A DNA stretch of 64,000 nt from Hyalangium gracile (GTDB lineage Bacteria; Myxococcota; Myxococcia; Myxococcales; Myxococcaceae): positions 36,337-100,336 of the forward strand of contig NZ_JAHXBG010000030.1 of NCBI RefSeq assembly GCF_020103725.1, in the 5' to 3' direction. Made by a program: the position numbers and the translations under genes. Positions 30,903 through 39,462 of the stretch are shown in pieces (the first letter of the stretch is position 1; each line of letters starts with the position of its first letter). The notes below the pieces were generated by a model. That model saw only the letters and a program-made list of their open reading frames with translations. It was not told the origin of the DNA and searched no databases.

Positions 30903-33098
30903 GTGCTGGTGGAGATCGGCCCCAAGGTCCTGACGCTGGAGGCCCACCTCACGCTCGTGACCAAGAGCCGGATGATCGAGCTGGGCACGGGCAGCTGGTG
31001 CGTCGTGCGCAACCCGGTGGTGCGCGAGGGTGGCAAGGTGTCGCTCGACGACTTCGGCCAGGCCCGCATCGCCGTGGGCGATCGCGAGGTCCGCGTCGGT
31101 CCCCAGGTGTTCCCGCTCTACCCGGGCGAGGAGCTGGAGGGAGAGATCACCCCCGAGTACGTGCTCGGCGTCTACGACGCGCTGCGCCTGCGGGCCCTCA
31201 CGGCCTTCAGCGATGAGCGGGCTCCGGGTGGGCCGCGCACGCGCGAGGCCGGTGACGAGTGGCTGGTCCGAGGGCCCGGACGCTACGTGCCCAGCGCGGC
31301 GGTGATCGTCGTCTCCGCGGAGAAGGCGCGCGTCCTCAAGGAGACGGAGTACTGCGTCGTGCTGAACCCGGTGGACCGGACCACGGGGAAGATCCAGGAG
31401 GGCCGCCGCAAGGTCATCTCCGGCCCGGACGTCTTCTTCCTGGAGCCGGGCGAGGCGCTGGAGGGAGACGTCCGCCGCAAGCACGTGCTGTCCGAGATGC
31501 AGGGGCTCAAGCTCCAGGCGCTCGATGACTTCTCCGAGACGGAGGAGGGCGGGGAGCTTCGGACGCGCAAGGCGGGTGACACCTGGATCGTCCGGGGCCC
31601 GCGGACCTACGTGCCCAACGAGCGGGTGCTGATCCACAAGGAGATCGTCGCGCTCTCGCTGGGGCAGGGCGAGGGCCTGTACGTGAGGGATCTGCGCTCC
31701 GGCAAGGTGTCGCTGGTCCAGGGCCCGTGCCAGTTCATGCCCGAGGCCCACCAGGAGCTGCACGAGAAGCGGCTCTCTGCCGACGCCGAGGCGCTGCTGG
31801 GGCTGGCTCCGGCGCAGCAGGGCGCGCACCTGGCCGCCGTGGATGGGAAGGACGCCAAGGCGCCACGCCCGGCAGCCGCGTCCGCGGAGCGGATCGACCG
31901 CACGCGAGCCATCGTCCTGCGCATCGAGGACAACACGGCGGTGCTGATCAACGACTTCGAGACCAACCACGCCCGGGTGGAGTTCGGCCCGGCGAAGGTG
32001 ATGCTGCGCCCGTACGAGGACGTGACGGTGCTGGATCTGTCCGGCGGGACGCCCAAGCGCCCCAGGCAGCTCAAGGTGCTCATGCTGCGGCTGGGGCCGG
32101 ACTTCGCCACGGACTTGTTCGAGGTGGCGACGAGGGATCACGCCCGGCTGCGCATCAAGCTCTCGTACAAGTGGCAGTTCGACGTGGAGGGGGACTCGGA
32201 GAAGGACAAGGCCATCTTCCGGGTGAACGACTTCATCGGGTACGTGTGCGAGAACCTCGCGTCGCGCATCCGCCAGGTGGCGGCGGAGAACGACTTCGAG
32301 ACGTTCCACAAGAACGCGAGCGTGCTCATCCGCCGGGCCATCTTCGGCGTGGATGAGGCCGGCAAGGCGCGCAAGGATCGGCTGTTCTCCGAGAACCAGC
32401 TGCGCATCATCGACATCGACATCAAGGACATCGCTCCGGTCGATGACAAGACGGCGCTCAAGCTGCGCGAGGCCATCGACACGAACATCCAGATCCAGCT
32501 GGATGCCTCGAAGCAGGAGGCGCAGGCGTCGGCGGAGCTCAAGCGCATCCGGAGCGAGGAGGAGAAGCAGCTGGCGGACATCTCCAGCCACCGGAAGTCG
32601 GAGGCCGAGCGGCAGTCGCTCATCGAGCTGCAGAACAAGAACCACCAGCTGGCCACGCTGAGCCACGCCAAGGTGGAGGCGGAGGCGCAGCTCGAGAAGG
32701 CTCGGGTGGAGAGCGAGGAGGCGCTGGCCCGCGCGGAGGCAGAGGCCCGGGCGTCCCGCATCCGCACCGAGGCGGAGCTGGAGCGCGAGCGGCTGATGAG
32801 CGAGGTGGCGCTGGAGCGGCAGAAGCGGATGAACGATCTCGAGGTGGACCGGCAGGCGCGGCTCGCCGCGGTGGAGGCCGATCAGTTCCGCAAGCGAGTG
32901 GAGGCGCTCGGGGGCGGAGAGAACTTCGTCAAGGCGGTGGCGGCCCAGGCGCAGGCGGCGGTCGTCGGCGGGCTGGACAAGGTGGTGTTCCTGCCCACTG
33001 GCTCCAACCTCAACCTCTTCGACTCCATGCAGGGGCTGCTGGGGCCTGGGAGCCGCAACGCCCTCGCGGCGGACAAGGGCGCCGGCGGTACGAACTGA
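30903..33098 (+). CDS. major vault protein (MVP) homolog
   Basis: Repeated MVP-repeat modules (FPLYPGEELEGEITP; REAGDEWLVRGPGRYVP; RKAGDTWIVRGPRTYVP); shoulder-domain match (LGPDFATDLFEVATRDHARLRIKLSYKWQFDV compared with eukaryotic LGPDFFTD...DHARLQLQLAYNWHF); coiled-coil cap-helix region. The GTG at 30903 is the first canonical in-frame start, but conserved N-terminal residues are encoded upstream of it, back to the stop codon at 30783. Confidence 0.8.
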   Translation: MLVEIGPKVLTLEAHLTLVTKSRMIELGTGSWCVVRNPVVREGGKVSLDDFGQARIAVGDREVRVGPQVFPLYPGEELEGEITPEYVLGVYDALRLRALTAFSDERAPGGPRTREAGDEWLVRGPGRYVPSAAVIVVSAEKARVLKETEYCVVLNPVDRTTGKIQEGRRKVISGPDVFFLEPGEALEGDVRRKHVLSEMQGLKLQALDDFSETEEGGELRTRKAGDTWIVRGPRTYVPNERVLIHKEIVALSLGQGEGLYVRDLRSGKVSLVQGPCQFMPEAHQELHEKRLSADAEALLGLAPAQQGAHLAAVDGKDAKAPRPAAASAERIDRTRAIVLRIEDNTAVLINDFETNHARVEFGPAKVMLRPYEDVTVLDLSGGTPKRPRQLKVLMLRLGPDFATDLFEVATRDHARLRIKLSYKWQFDVEGDSEKDKAIFRVNDFIGYVCENLASRIRQVAAENDFETFHKNASVLIRRAIFGVDEAGKARKDRLFSENQLRIIDIDIKDIAPVDDKTALKLREAIDTNIQIQLDASKQEAQASAELKRIRSEEEKQLADISSHRKSEAERQSLIELQNKNHQLATLSHAKVEAEAQLEKARVESEEALARAEAEARASRIRTEAELERERLMSEVALERQKRMNDLEVDRQARLAAVEADQFRKRVEALGGGENFVKAVAAQAQAAVVGGLDKVVFLPTGSNLNLFDSMQGLLGPGSRNALAADKGAGGTN

Positions 33099-33106
33099 GG
33101 CCAGGG

Positions 33107-33194
33107 GCGGGGCGAAGCCATCCTCATTCCATTGGACAGAAGCGCCGCCGGCGACTTGATGGGGCGTGCGCATTCGTTCGTAGGATGGCTTCGC
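33107..33194. repeat. 14-bp perfect inverted repeat (GGCGAAGCCATCCT ... AGGATGGCTTCGCC) with about 60 nt between the arms
   Basis: Read directly from the sequence. The right arm abuts the ATG at 33196. Confidence 0.4.
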
Positions 33195-33195
33195 C

Positions 33196-33603
33196 ATGGC
33201 CATCGCAGAAGTCCACGTACGCATCGGGAAGCTGCTCGCCGCCATCGACGAGCTGCTGGAGACGTCCTCCACCGACATCCGGCTGATCGAGCGGGTGGTC
33301 GATCTGGCTCGCTGGTCGAAGCTCTACATCGACCTGGAGCTGGCCTATAAGCCCTACCGGGACGTCCGGGATGCCGAGTGGACGACGCGGAAGTTCACCA
33401 CGGAGGAGAGTGCGCGAAAGCTCCTCGTGGAGTTCCGCGACACGCTTCGCGACGTGGAGGCGTCGACGACCGGCCACGTCGAGCAGCGCAACCTGCGAGC
33501 GCGAGTCGAGGGCGTGCTGAACGTCACGCAGGAGTGGTGGAAGCAGTCGGCCGAGAAGAAGCAGGGGAGCGCTACCGGGGCAGGCGGGACTCGACCTGCT
33601 TGA
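33196..33603 (+). CDS. hypothetical protein
   Basis: 135 aa ORF; no recognisable domain; its start is embedded in the right arm of an inverted repeat. Confidence 0.4.
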   Translation: MAIAEVHVRIGKLLAAIDELLETSSTDIRLIERVVDLARWSKLYIDLELAYKPYRDVRDAEWTTRKFTTEESARKLLVEFRDTLRDVEASTTGHVEQRNLRARVEGVLNVTQEWWKQSAEKKQGSATGAGGTRPA

Positions 33604-34753
33604 GGTGGCGCTGTGCCTGGGTGAGAGCCTTCTCCGTGGCCTGGGCCTGCTGCTCCACGCGCGAGACCTCCTCCGCCTGGGCGCGTTCAGCCTCCACAGC
33701 CGCCGCCAGCGTCTCGCGAGCCTGACGGGCCTGCTCCTCCGCGGTCTCGAGCGCCTCACGGGCGCGCCGAGCTCGGGCCTCCGCGGCTTCGAGGGCACCG
33801 CGTGCGTAGCGGCTCTTCGCCTCCGCGGTCCTGAGCACGGCCTTCGTGCGCACCACCTCCTGGCGTGAGAGCCGCTCGGCTCGCTGGGCCTCCGCTGCCT
33901 GCTGTCTGGCGTCCCGCCGGAGCTGTCGGAGCTCCACCTCGCGCTCGCGGCGCGTCTCGGCCCTGGCCTCGTCACGGAGCTGGCGCTTGGAGGGGCGGGG
34001 CGGAGATGCCGGCCGCTTCGGTGGTGGCGGCGGACGCGCTGGGGCTTTCTCCTCGCGAACACGAGGCGTCCAGGGGCCATGCAGCACCTTGCCGCCGGCG
34101 GGAGTCGAAGGCTCCACGGACTTCGCCGGGCGCTGACTCGGGGGCGGCTTTGCGGGTCTGCGAGGGGCGCGCTCCGGCAGCGGGCCGACGAGCTCCAGGG
34201 CCGAGAAATCCCCGAACCCTCCCGAGCTTCGCAGCGGCCGCGTCAACATGCCCTGAGTCAGCATGGTTCGCTCCTCTTCCGAGCCGAGGGAGGCGGTGCG
34301 CAGCGTCTCGTCGACCTGGCGGATGAGCTCGCCCGAGGGTGGGCGGCCCGTGGCGGCCAGCGAGTCGTTGACGTCCTTCATCAAGGCATCGAGTGCCCGC
34401 TGGAAGGCGCGGTTGGCCTCCTTGAGCGGCTCCGCCGCCAGCCCGGACATGGCCCGGCGCTGAGCCTTCTCGAGGTCACGGGCGGCGGAGAGGAGCTCCT
34501 CGATGTGATCCGGGTGCTGGTGGGCCAGCTGATTGACGACCCAGGCGGTGACGACGGGGCGCTTGAGCTTGCGAATGGCCTGCGCGTCCTTGGATTGACC
34601 CTTTGACGCGAGTTCCTTGGCGAGAGCGTCGCGGGCCCGGGTGAAGTCCGAGAGGGGCAGGGCGTAGAGCTCCCGCTGCCGAGCCAGGAGTTCGGCTCCG
34701 TTACTCCCCCGCTTGCCCCCCGATCGAGGGGGCGCTTTCGAGTGAGAAGCCAC
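33572..34753 (-). CDS. hypothetical protein (Pro-rich centre, C-terminal Arg/Glu/Ala coiled coil)
   Basis: 393 aa ORF with plausible codon usage; no recognisable catalytic domain. Confidence 0.5.
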   Translation of the reverse strand: MASHSKAPPRSGGKRGSNGAELLARQRELYALPLSDFTRARDALAKELASKGQSKDAQAIRKLKRPVVTAWVVNQLAHQHPDHIEELLSAARDLEKAQRRAMSGLAAEPLKEANRAFQRALDALMKDVNDSLAATGRPPSGELIRQVDETLRTASLGSEEERTMLTQGMLTRPLRSSGGFGDFSALELVGPLPERAPRRPAKPPPSQRPAKSVEPSTPAGGKVLHGPWTPRVREEKAPARPPPPPKRPASPPRPSKRQLRDEARAETRREREVELRQLRRDARQQAAEAQRAERLSRQEVVRTKAVLRTAEAKSRYARGALEAAEARARRAREALETAEEQARQARETLAAAVEAERAQAEEVSRVEQQAQATEKALTQAQRHLKQVESRLPR

Positions 34754-34962
34754 CGCTCAAGGTGCGATCCAGCACTCCAGGATGGCAAGTCGCCCACCTG
34801 ACCCGTTTGGGGGAAGGGAGGTGCCCGTGTCGGGCGAGAGCGCCATCAACTGGTATGCTTGTCATACCAGTTGGGAACCAGTTCGACCGACTACCCGTCC
34901 TGGGCCTGCTGGGCCTTGATGGCGCGCAGCAACTCCTCGTCGGAGAGGGACTTACCCGTGGG

Positions 34963-36282
34963 TCAGACGCCGGCCAGCGACACGTTCTGCTGGCGCTTCG
35001 AGAGCACCTTCACCGGCTGGATCGCCATCACGCGCATGAACACCTGGAGCAGCTCCGGGTCGAACTTGTTGCGCATCTCCGTCCACATCAGCATCAGCGC
35101 CACCTCGGGCCCGTACGCGTCCCGATACGGCCGCTTGCTCGTCAGCGCGTCGAACGCGTCGCAGATCGCGATGATCTTCGCGAACACCCCCAGGTTCGTC
35201 TTGGGGATGATCATCTGGATGTTGCCTCGCGAGTCCCGCACCGCCGTCCCGAAGTCCGCCTTGTGCTCGAACGTCGTCACCACCCGCAGCAGCGTCGAGC
35301 GCGAGAAGCCCTTCTCCATCAGGATGTTGCGCACCGAGATCAGCGGCGCCTTCTGGATCTGCGCCTTCTCCTCCGGCGTCAGCGCTCCGCGCTTCGTCGC
35401 CAGCTCCTCCGGCAGCGTCGTCATCCCCGCGTCGTGGAACAGCGCGATGTACCCCAGGTCCCGCAGCTGCGGCTTCGTCAGTCCCAGCTCCGCGCCGAAC
35501 ACGATGCTCATCAGCGCCACGTTCACCTGATGGAAGACCAGGTACTCCGCCTCGCGCTTCGTCGTGGTCATCCCCAGGAAGTGCGTCCGCTGGTCGAAGG
35601 AGATGTCCACCAGATCCTGCACGATGCGCAGCGCCTTGGACGAGTTCATCGGCTTGCCGGCCCGCACCGACTCCAGGTACTTCTGCAGGAAGAACACCGC
35701 GCGCGCGTACACCGTCATCGCGTACTTCTTCCGGTCCACCTTCTGGTCGTCCGGGTTCTCGAGCCGGTCGGCTTCCTTGTTCAGCCGCTCGCGCAGCTTG
35801 GAGAACTTGGCGACCTTCATGTTCAGCAGCTTCCGGTTCGCCAGCCCCTCCTCCTCCACCTGCTGCGTCTGCTCCTTGCTGAAGATCCACACGAAGTTCT
35901 TCAGCTCCGGCAGGGTGATGGGCTTGGTGACGGTGATGCCGCCCACGTCCTTGGCCCGCATCTCCGTCAGCAGGTAGCGCTGGTTCTCGATGGAGTTCAG
36001 GTCCACCTTCACCAGCATGTTGTTCAGGTAGAAGGAGTCCTTCACCCCCACCAGTTCCAGCCGCCCCTCCTTGGAGATGATCTGGTTGATGATGTCCTGC
36101 AGCTGCACCAGCGGCTTCTCGAACACGGCGTTGTCCGGATCGTACATCTTCACGGACCGCACCAGCATGTAGAGCCCGGACACCATGCCGCGCGCCAGCG
36201 ACTGCAGCTTCTCCGAGTGGGCGCGGCCGTACTCGCCGATGTTCTCGCTCTGGCCCTGGGTGATCTTCAGGTTCTCGGCCAT
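34963..36282 (-). CDS. HD-domain protein (HD-GYP-like, GYP motif degenerate)
   Basis: HD motif IALFHDAGM and ICDAFDALTSKRPYR, typical of HD-GYP phosphohydrolases. The HHExxDGxGYP position reads FEHKADFGTAV. Confidence 0.7.
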   Translation of the reverse strand: MAENLKITQGQSENIGEYGRAHSEKLQSLARGMVSGLYMLVRSVKMYDPDNAVFEKPLVQLQDIINQIISKEGRLELVGVKDSFYLNNMLVKVDLNSIENQRYLLTEMRAKDVGGITVTKPITLPELKNFVWIFSKEQTQQVEEEGLANRKLLNMKVAKFSKLRERLNKEADRLENPDDQKVDRKKYAMTVYARAVFFLQKYLESVRAGKPMNSSKALRIVQDLVDISFDQRTHFLGMTTTKREAEYLVFHQVNVALMSIVFGAELGLTKPQLRDLGYIALFHDAGMTTLPEELATKRGALTPEEKAQIQKAPLISVRNILMEKGFSRSTLLRVVTTFEHKADFGTAVRDSRGNIQMIIPKTNLGVFAKIIAICDAFDALTSKRPYRDAYGPEVALMLMWTEMRNKFDPELLQVFMRVMAIQPVKVLSKRQQNVSLAGV

Positions 36283-36286
36283 GACT

Positions 36287-38059
36287 TCATGCCTCCTCGG
36301 CGGCGCCGGCGTCTCCGAACAGCGCCTTCTTCGTCTGGTACATCGCCTTGCGCGCCGCGGTGAGCACCTCCGTCGGCTGCGACTTGTCCTCCACCACGCC
36401 CTGCAGCACCTTGTACGAGTGGATGTTGCTCGCCGCCGCCAGCCCCTGGATGGCCAGCAGCTTGTCGTCCATCACCTTCTTCTTGTTCAGCAGTGACGGC
36501 TTCACCGACAGCAGCTGCGTCATCCACGTCAGCGCGTTGGGCGTCGCCGTGGAGCCCAGCGCCGCGTAGAACGCCATGCGCTCGTCCGGCGTCTTCTTCT
36601 CGAAGTTGGAGCTGTCCTTGATGATGCGCAGCAGGTCCAGGTACGCCTTGTCGTGATCGAACTCCGGCAGCAGCTTCGCCGCCTGCATCCGCACCTGCGA
36701 GATGGGATCGTTGAGCAGGTCCGAGATCAGCTTGCGCGCCTCGTTGGTGTGGCCCCGGGCGACGATGTTCATCACCTCCAGCTTCACCACCAGGTTCTTC
36801 CCCTTGAGCACCTGCCCGAACATCTTCAGCCGGTCCGGGTGCTGGCACTTCTCCAGGATGTAGACCATGTCGCGCACCGTCTGCGGCCGGTCCGACTGCA
36901 GCCGGATGACGAACGGATCCGGCCGGTTCTTGGCGAACCCCGCCAGCACGTCGCACAGGAGCACCCGGTTCTCCTGCACCTCGATCGTCTCCAGCACCGT
37001 GAGCAGGGGGATGATGGCCGGCTCGTCCAGCACCTGGAGGTAGCGGGTGATGTCCGCCGCGTTCCTCGCCTTGGCGTACTTGAGCGACTCGCCCATCCGG
37101 ATCAGCCGCTGCTCATCGCCCATCTTCTGCACGAAGTAGGAGAGCAGCCGCGCGATGGGGTTGCCCTCCGCGTCCTCGCGCTGGGACAGGGCGCGCAGCT
37201 TGAGCACCATCTGGTTGATGGTGCCGTAGTCGTCCTGGATGAGCATGGCGTCCAGCAGCTGGACGAAGATCTCCTCCAGCAGCCCCACGTCCTCCACGCC
37301 GCCTTCCACCACCTGGAAGATGGCGCTCACCAGCTTGGGGAAGAGGCGCGCTCCCTCCTCCTCCTCGATCTCCTTCTGGATGCGGGCCTTCAGCGTGTCC
37401 GAGGCGTAGGTGCCTCCCACCACGACGCCGCGGATCTGCTCCACGCCTTCCATCTGCGCGTCGAGATCCTCCGTCGACACGCGCGCGAAGCGCAGGTAGT
37501 CCTCCGAGTTCGTCTTCAGGCGGGCGTAGAGGTAGCCCACCACCTTGTCCACCTCGACCTGCACCTCCTCCGCGGAGGCGCCGTCCATGGAGAAGCCCTC
37601 CACCACCACGTACTCCACGTGCTCCATGCCCGCCTTCCACAATTGGGCGAGCACGTCGTCCGCGCCGCGCTCCGGCTCCGAGAGCGCGATCAGCGTGAAG
37701 GTGACCAGCTCCTCCAGCGTCATCCCCGGCCGGAAGATCAGCTGGCGGATGCCGTCGCGGAAGAACTTGTAGGGCAGCGGGGTGGACTCGGAGAACAGCG
37801 GCTCGCCGTGCAGCAGGAAGTTCTGCTGCTCGATCTTCAAGGACAGCGGGCCATGCTTCTGCGTGTACTCGCCAATGGCCTCCAGCGCCCGGCCGAGGAA
37901 CTCCGGGAACTTCGCCTCGTTGTGGCGGTACATCCCGATCTGCTTGATGCCTTTGAGGAGCTGGAACGTGAAGTTCCGTGCAAGGTCCACCTTCTCGCGT
38001 ATCACTGGATCCGCGGAAGACTCCTGTGTTGTCTCCTTGGCGTTCTGGGGCGAGGCCAT
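36287..38059 (-). CDS. HEAT-repeat protein
   Basis: C-terminal PBS-lyase/HEAT-like repeats (DPISQVRMQAAKLL...). Lies 4 bp upstream of the HD-domain gene on the same strand. Confidence 0.6.
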   Translation of the reverse strand: MASPQNAKETTQESSADPVIREKVDLARNFTFQLLKGIKQIGMYRHNEAKFPEFLGRALEAIGEYTQKHGPLSLKIEQQNFLLHGEPLFSESTPLPYKFFRDGIRQLIFRPGMTLEELVTFTLIALSEPERGADDVLAQLWKAGMEHVEYVVVEGFSMDGASAEEVQVEVDKVVGYLYARLKTNSEDYLRFARVSTEDLDAQMEGVEQIRGVVVGGTYASDTLKARIQKEIEEEEGARLFPKLVSAIFQVVEGGVEDVGLLEEIFVQLLDAMLIQDDYGTINQMVLKLRALSQREDAEGNPIARLLSYFVQKMGDEQRLIRMGESLKYAKARNAADITRYLQVLDEPAIIPLLTVLETIEVQENRVLLCDVLAGFAKNRPDPFVIRLQSDRPQTVRDMVYILEKCQHPDRLKMFGQVLKGKNLVVKLEVMNIVARGHTNEARKLISDLLNDPISQVRMQAAKLLPEFDHDKAYLDLLRIIKDSSNFEKKTPDERMAFYAALGSTATPNALTWMTQLLSVKPSLLNKKKVMDDKLLAIQGLAAASNIHSYKVLQGVVEDKSQPTEVLTAARKAMYQTKKALFGDAGAAEEA

Positions 38060-38205
38060 GCGTCCTGGACGGTCCGAGCAGAGGGTGGGGGGAACCCCAG
38101 TCTACTCTCTCGGACGTCTCAGGAGAGTCCTGTAACCAAAGAACTACCCGCAGGCCATGTAGGGCGAGGGCCTACCCATCGTGAGGGCCCTCGCCGAGCA
38201 GGCGA

Positions 38206-39096
38206 CTACTGGGCGGCGGCGGTGGTCTCGGGATCCACCTCGGCCATGAGCGCGGCCAGCTCCGCCTTGAGCTTGTCCTTGGCGCGGATCTCCAGCTGGC
38301 GGGCGCGCTCGCGCGAGAAGCCGAAGTGCTCGCCCAGCTCCTTGAGCGTCATGGGGCGCTCGTTCATGACTCGCTGCTCGATGATGAAGCGCTCGCGCGG
38401 ATCCAGCCGCATGAGGGCGGTGCGCACGCGGGTGTTGATGAGGCCCGCCTCCTCCTTGTCGGCGAACTCGTCGTCCTGCGGAGCGGAGGCGCTCACCACG
38501 AAGTCCACGTGGCTGTTGCCGCCGTCCTCGCCCATGGGGGCGTCCAGGGACAGGTCCCGCCCGCCCATGCGCTGCTCCATCTCGCGCACCTCGCCGGGCT
38601 TCACGTGGAGCTTCTTGGCGATGTCATCCACGTTGACGATGGCGCCGTCCGGCGTGCCGAACTTCTCCAGCTCGCGGCGCGTGCGCGCCAGACTGAAGAA
38701 CAGCTTGCGCTGGGCCTGCGTGGTGCCGAGCTTCACCAGCGACCACGACTTGAGGATGTAGTTCTGGATGTAGGCGCGGATCCACCACACCGCGTAGGAG
38801 ATGAGCCGGATGCCCTTGTCGGGGTCGAACTTCTGCACGGCCTTCATCAGGCCGATGTTCCCCTCCTGGATGAGATCGCTCATCTTGATGCCGTAGGAGC
38901 GGTACTCGTAGGCCACCTTCACGACGAAGCGCAGGTTGGAAGTCACCAACCGGTGGCCCGCGGACAGGTCGCCCTTGATGAACTTCCGGGCCAGCGTCTG
39001 CTCCTCCTCCACGGAGAGCAGGGCGTACTGGTTGATCTCCGAGAGGTACATCGCCAGGGAGCCGGAGTTGGACGACTGCTCGTGGGTGTTCTGCAT
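38206..39096 (-). CDS. RpoH-like (sigma-32 family) RNA polymerase sigma factor
   Basis: Sigma-70 regions 2 to 4 plus the RpoH box [19 protein letters not shown]. Start at MQNTHEQ. Confidence 0.85.
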   Translation of the reverse strand: MQNTHEQSSNSGSLAMYLSEINQYALLSVEEEQTLARKFIKGDLSAGHRLVTSNLRFVVKVAYEYRSYGIKMSDLIQEGNIGLMKAVQKFDPDKGIRLISYAVWWIRAYIQNYILKSWSLVKLGTTQAQRKLFFSLARTRRELEKFGTPDGAIVNVDDIAKKLHVKPGEVREMEQRMGGRDLSLDAPMGEDGGNSHVDFVVSASAPQDDEFADKEEAGLINTRVRTALMRLDPRERFIIEQRVMNERPMTLKELGEHFGFSRERARQLEIRAKDKLKAELAALMAEVDPETTAAAQ

Positions 39097-39462
39097 GGTT
39101 GATTTCTCCCGACGTGGGGCCTCTGAGGGCCGGTGGAGTGGGTTGGCACCGCTTGACGACCGCACGCTCCATGCCATGAGCAACCGCGGTGCCAGCCTCG
39201 TTTGCGAAAAATCCCCAGGAAGAGCGGGGGGTTGACTCGGAGCCTGCGCGGACCGGATTGACAGGGTGGAAACCGTTACAGGCCACCGCCGGAAACCCCG
39301 GTCCACTCGGGCTGTAGAACTTGCGCCATTTTCAGCCAGGCACCTCCAAGCCCAGGGGATGAGATGGTGCGTGCGTCCCTGCTTTCCAACCCTGTAACGG
39401 GGTGGGCTTGTGTCGTCCGGAGTCGTTTACGTGCTCGAACGCTCGAGGGCCGAGCGGGCGGC

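Noticed and set aside
30782-31216. 144 aa ORF in the alternative frame upstream of the MVP gene
   Set aside because: Probably not an independent gene. It shares its 5' end (RBS plus GTG) with what looks like the true MVP start and diverges only after the C7 tract.
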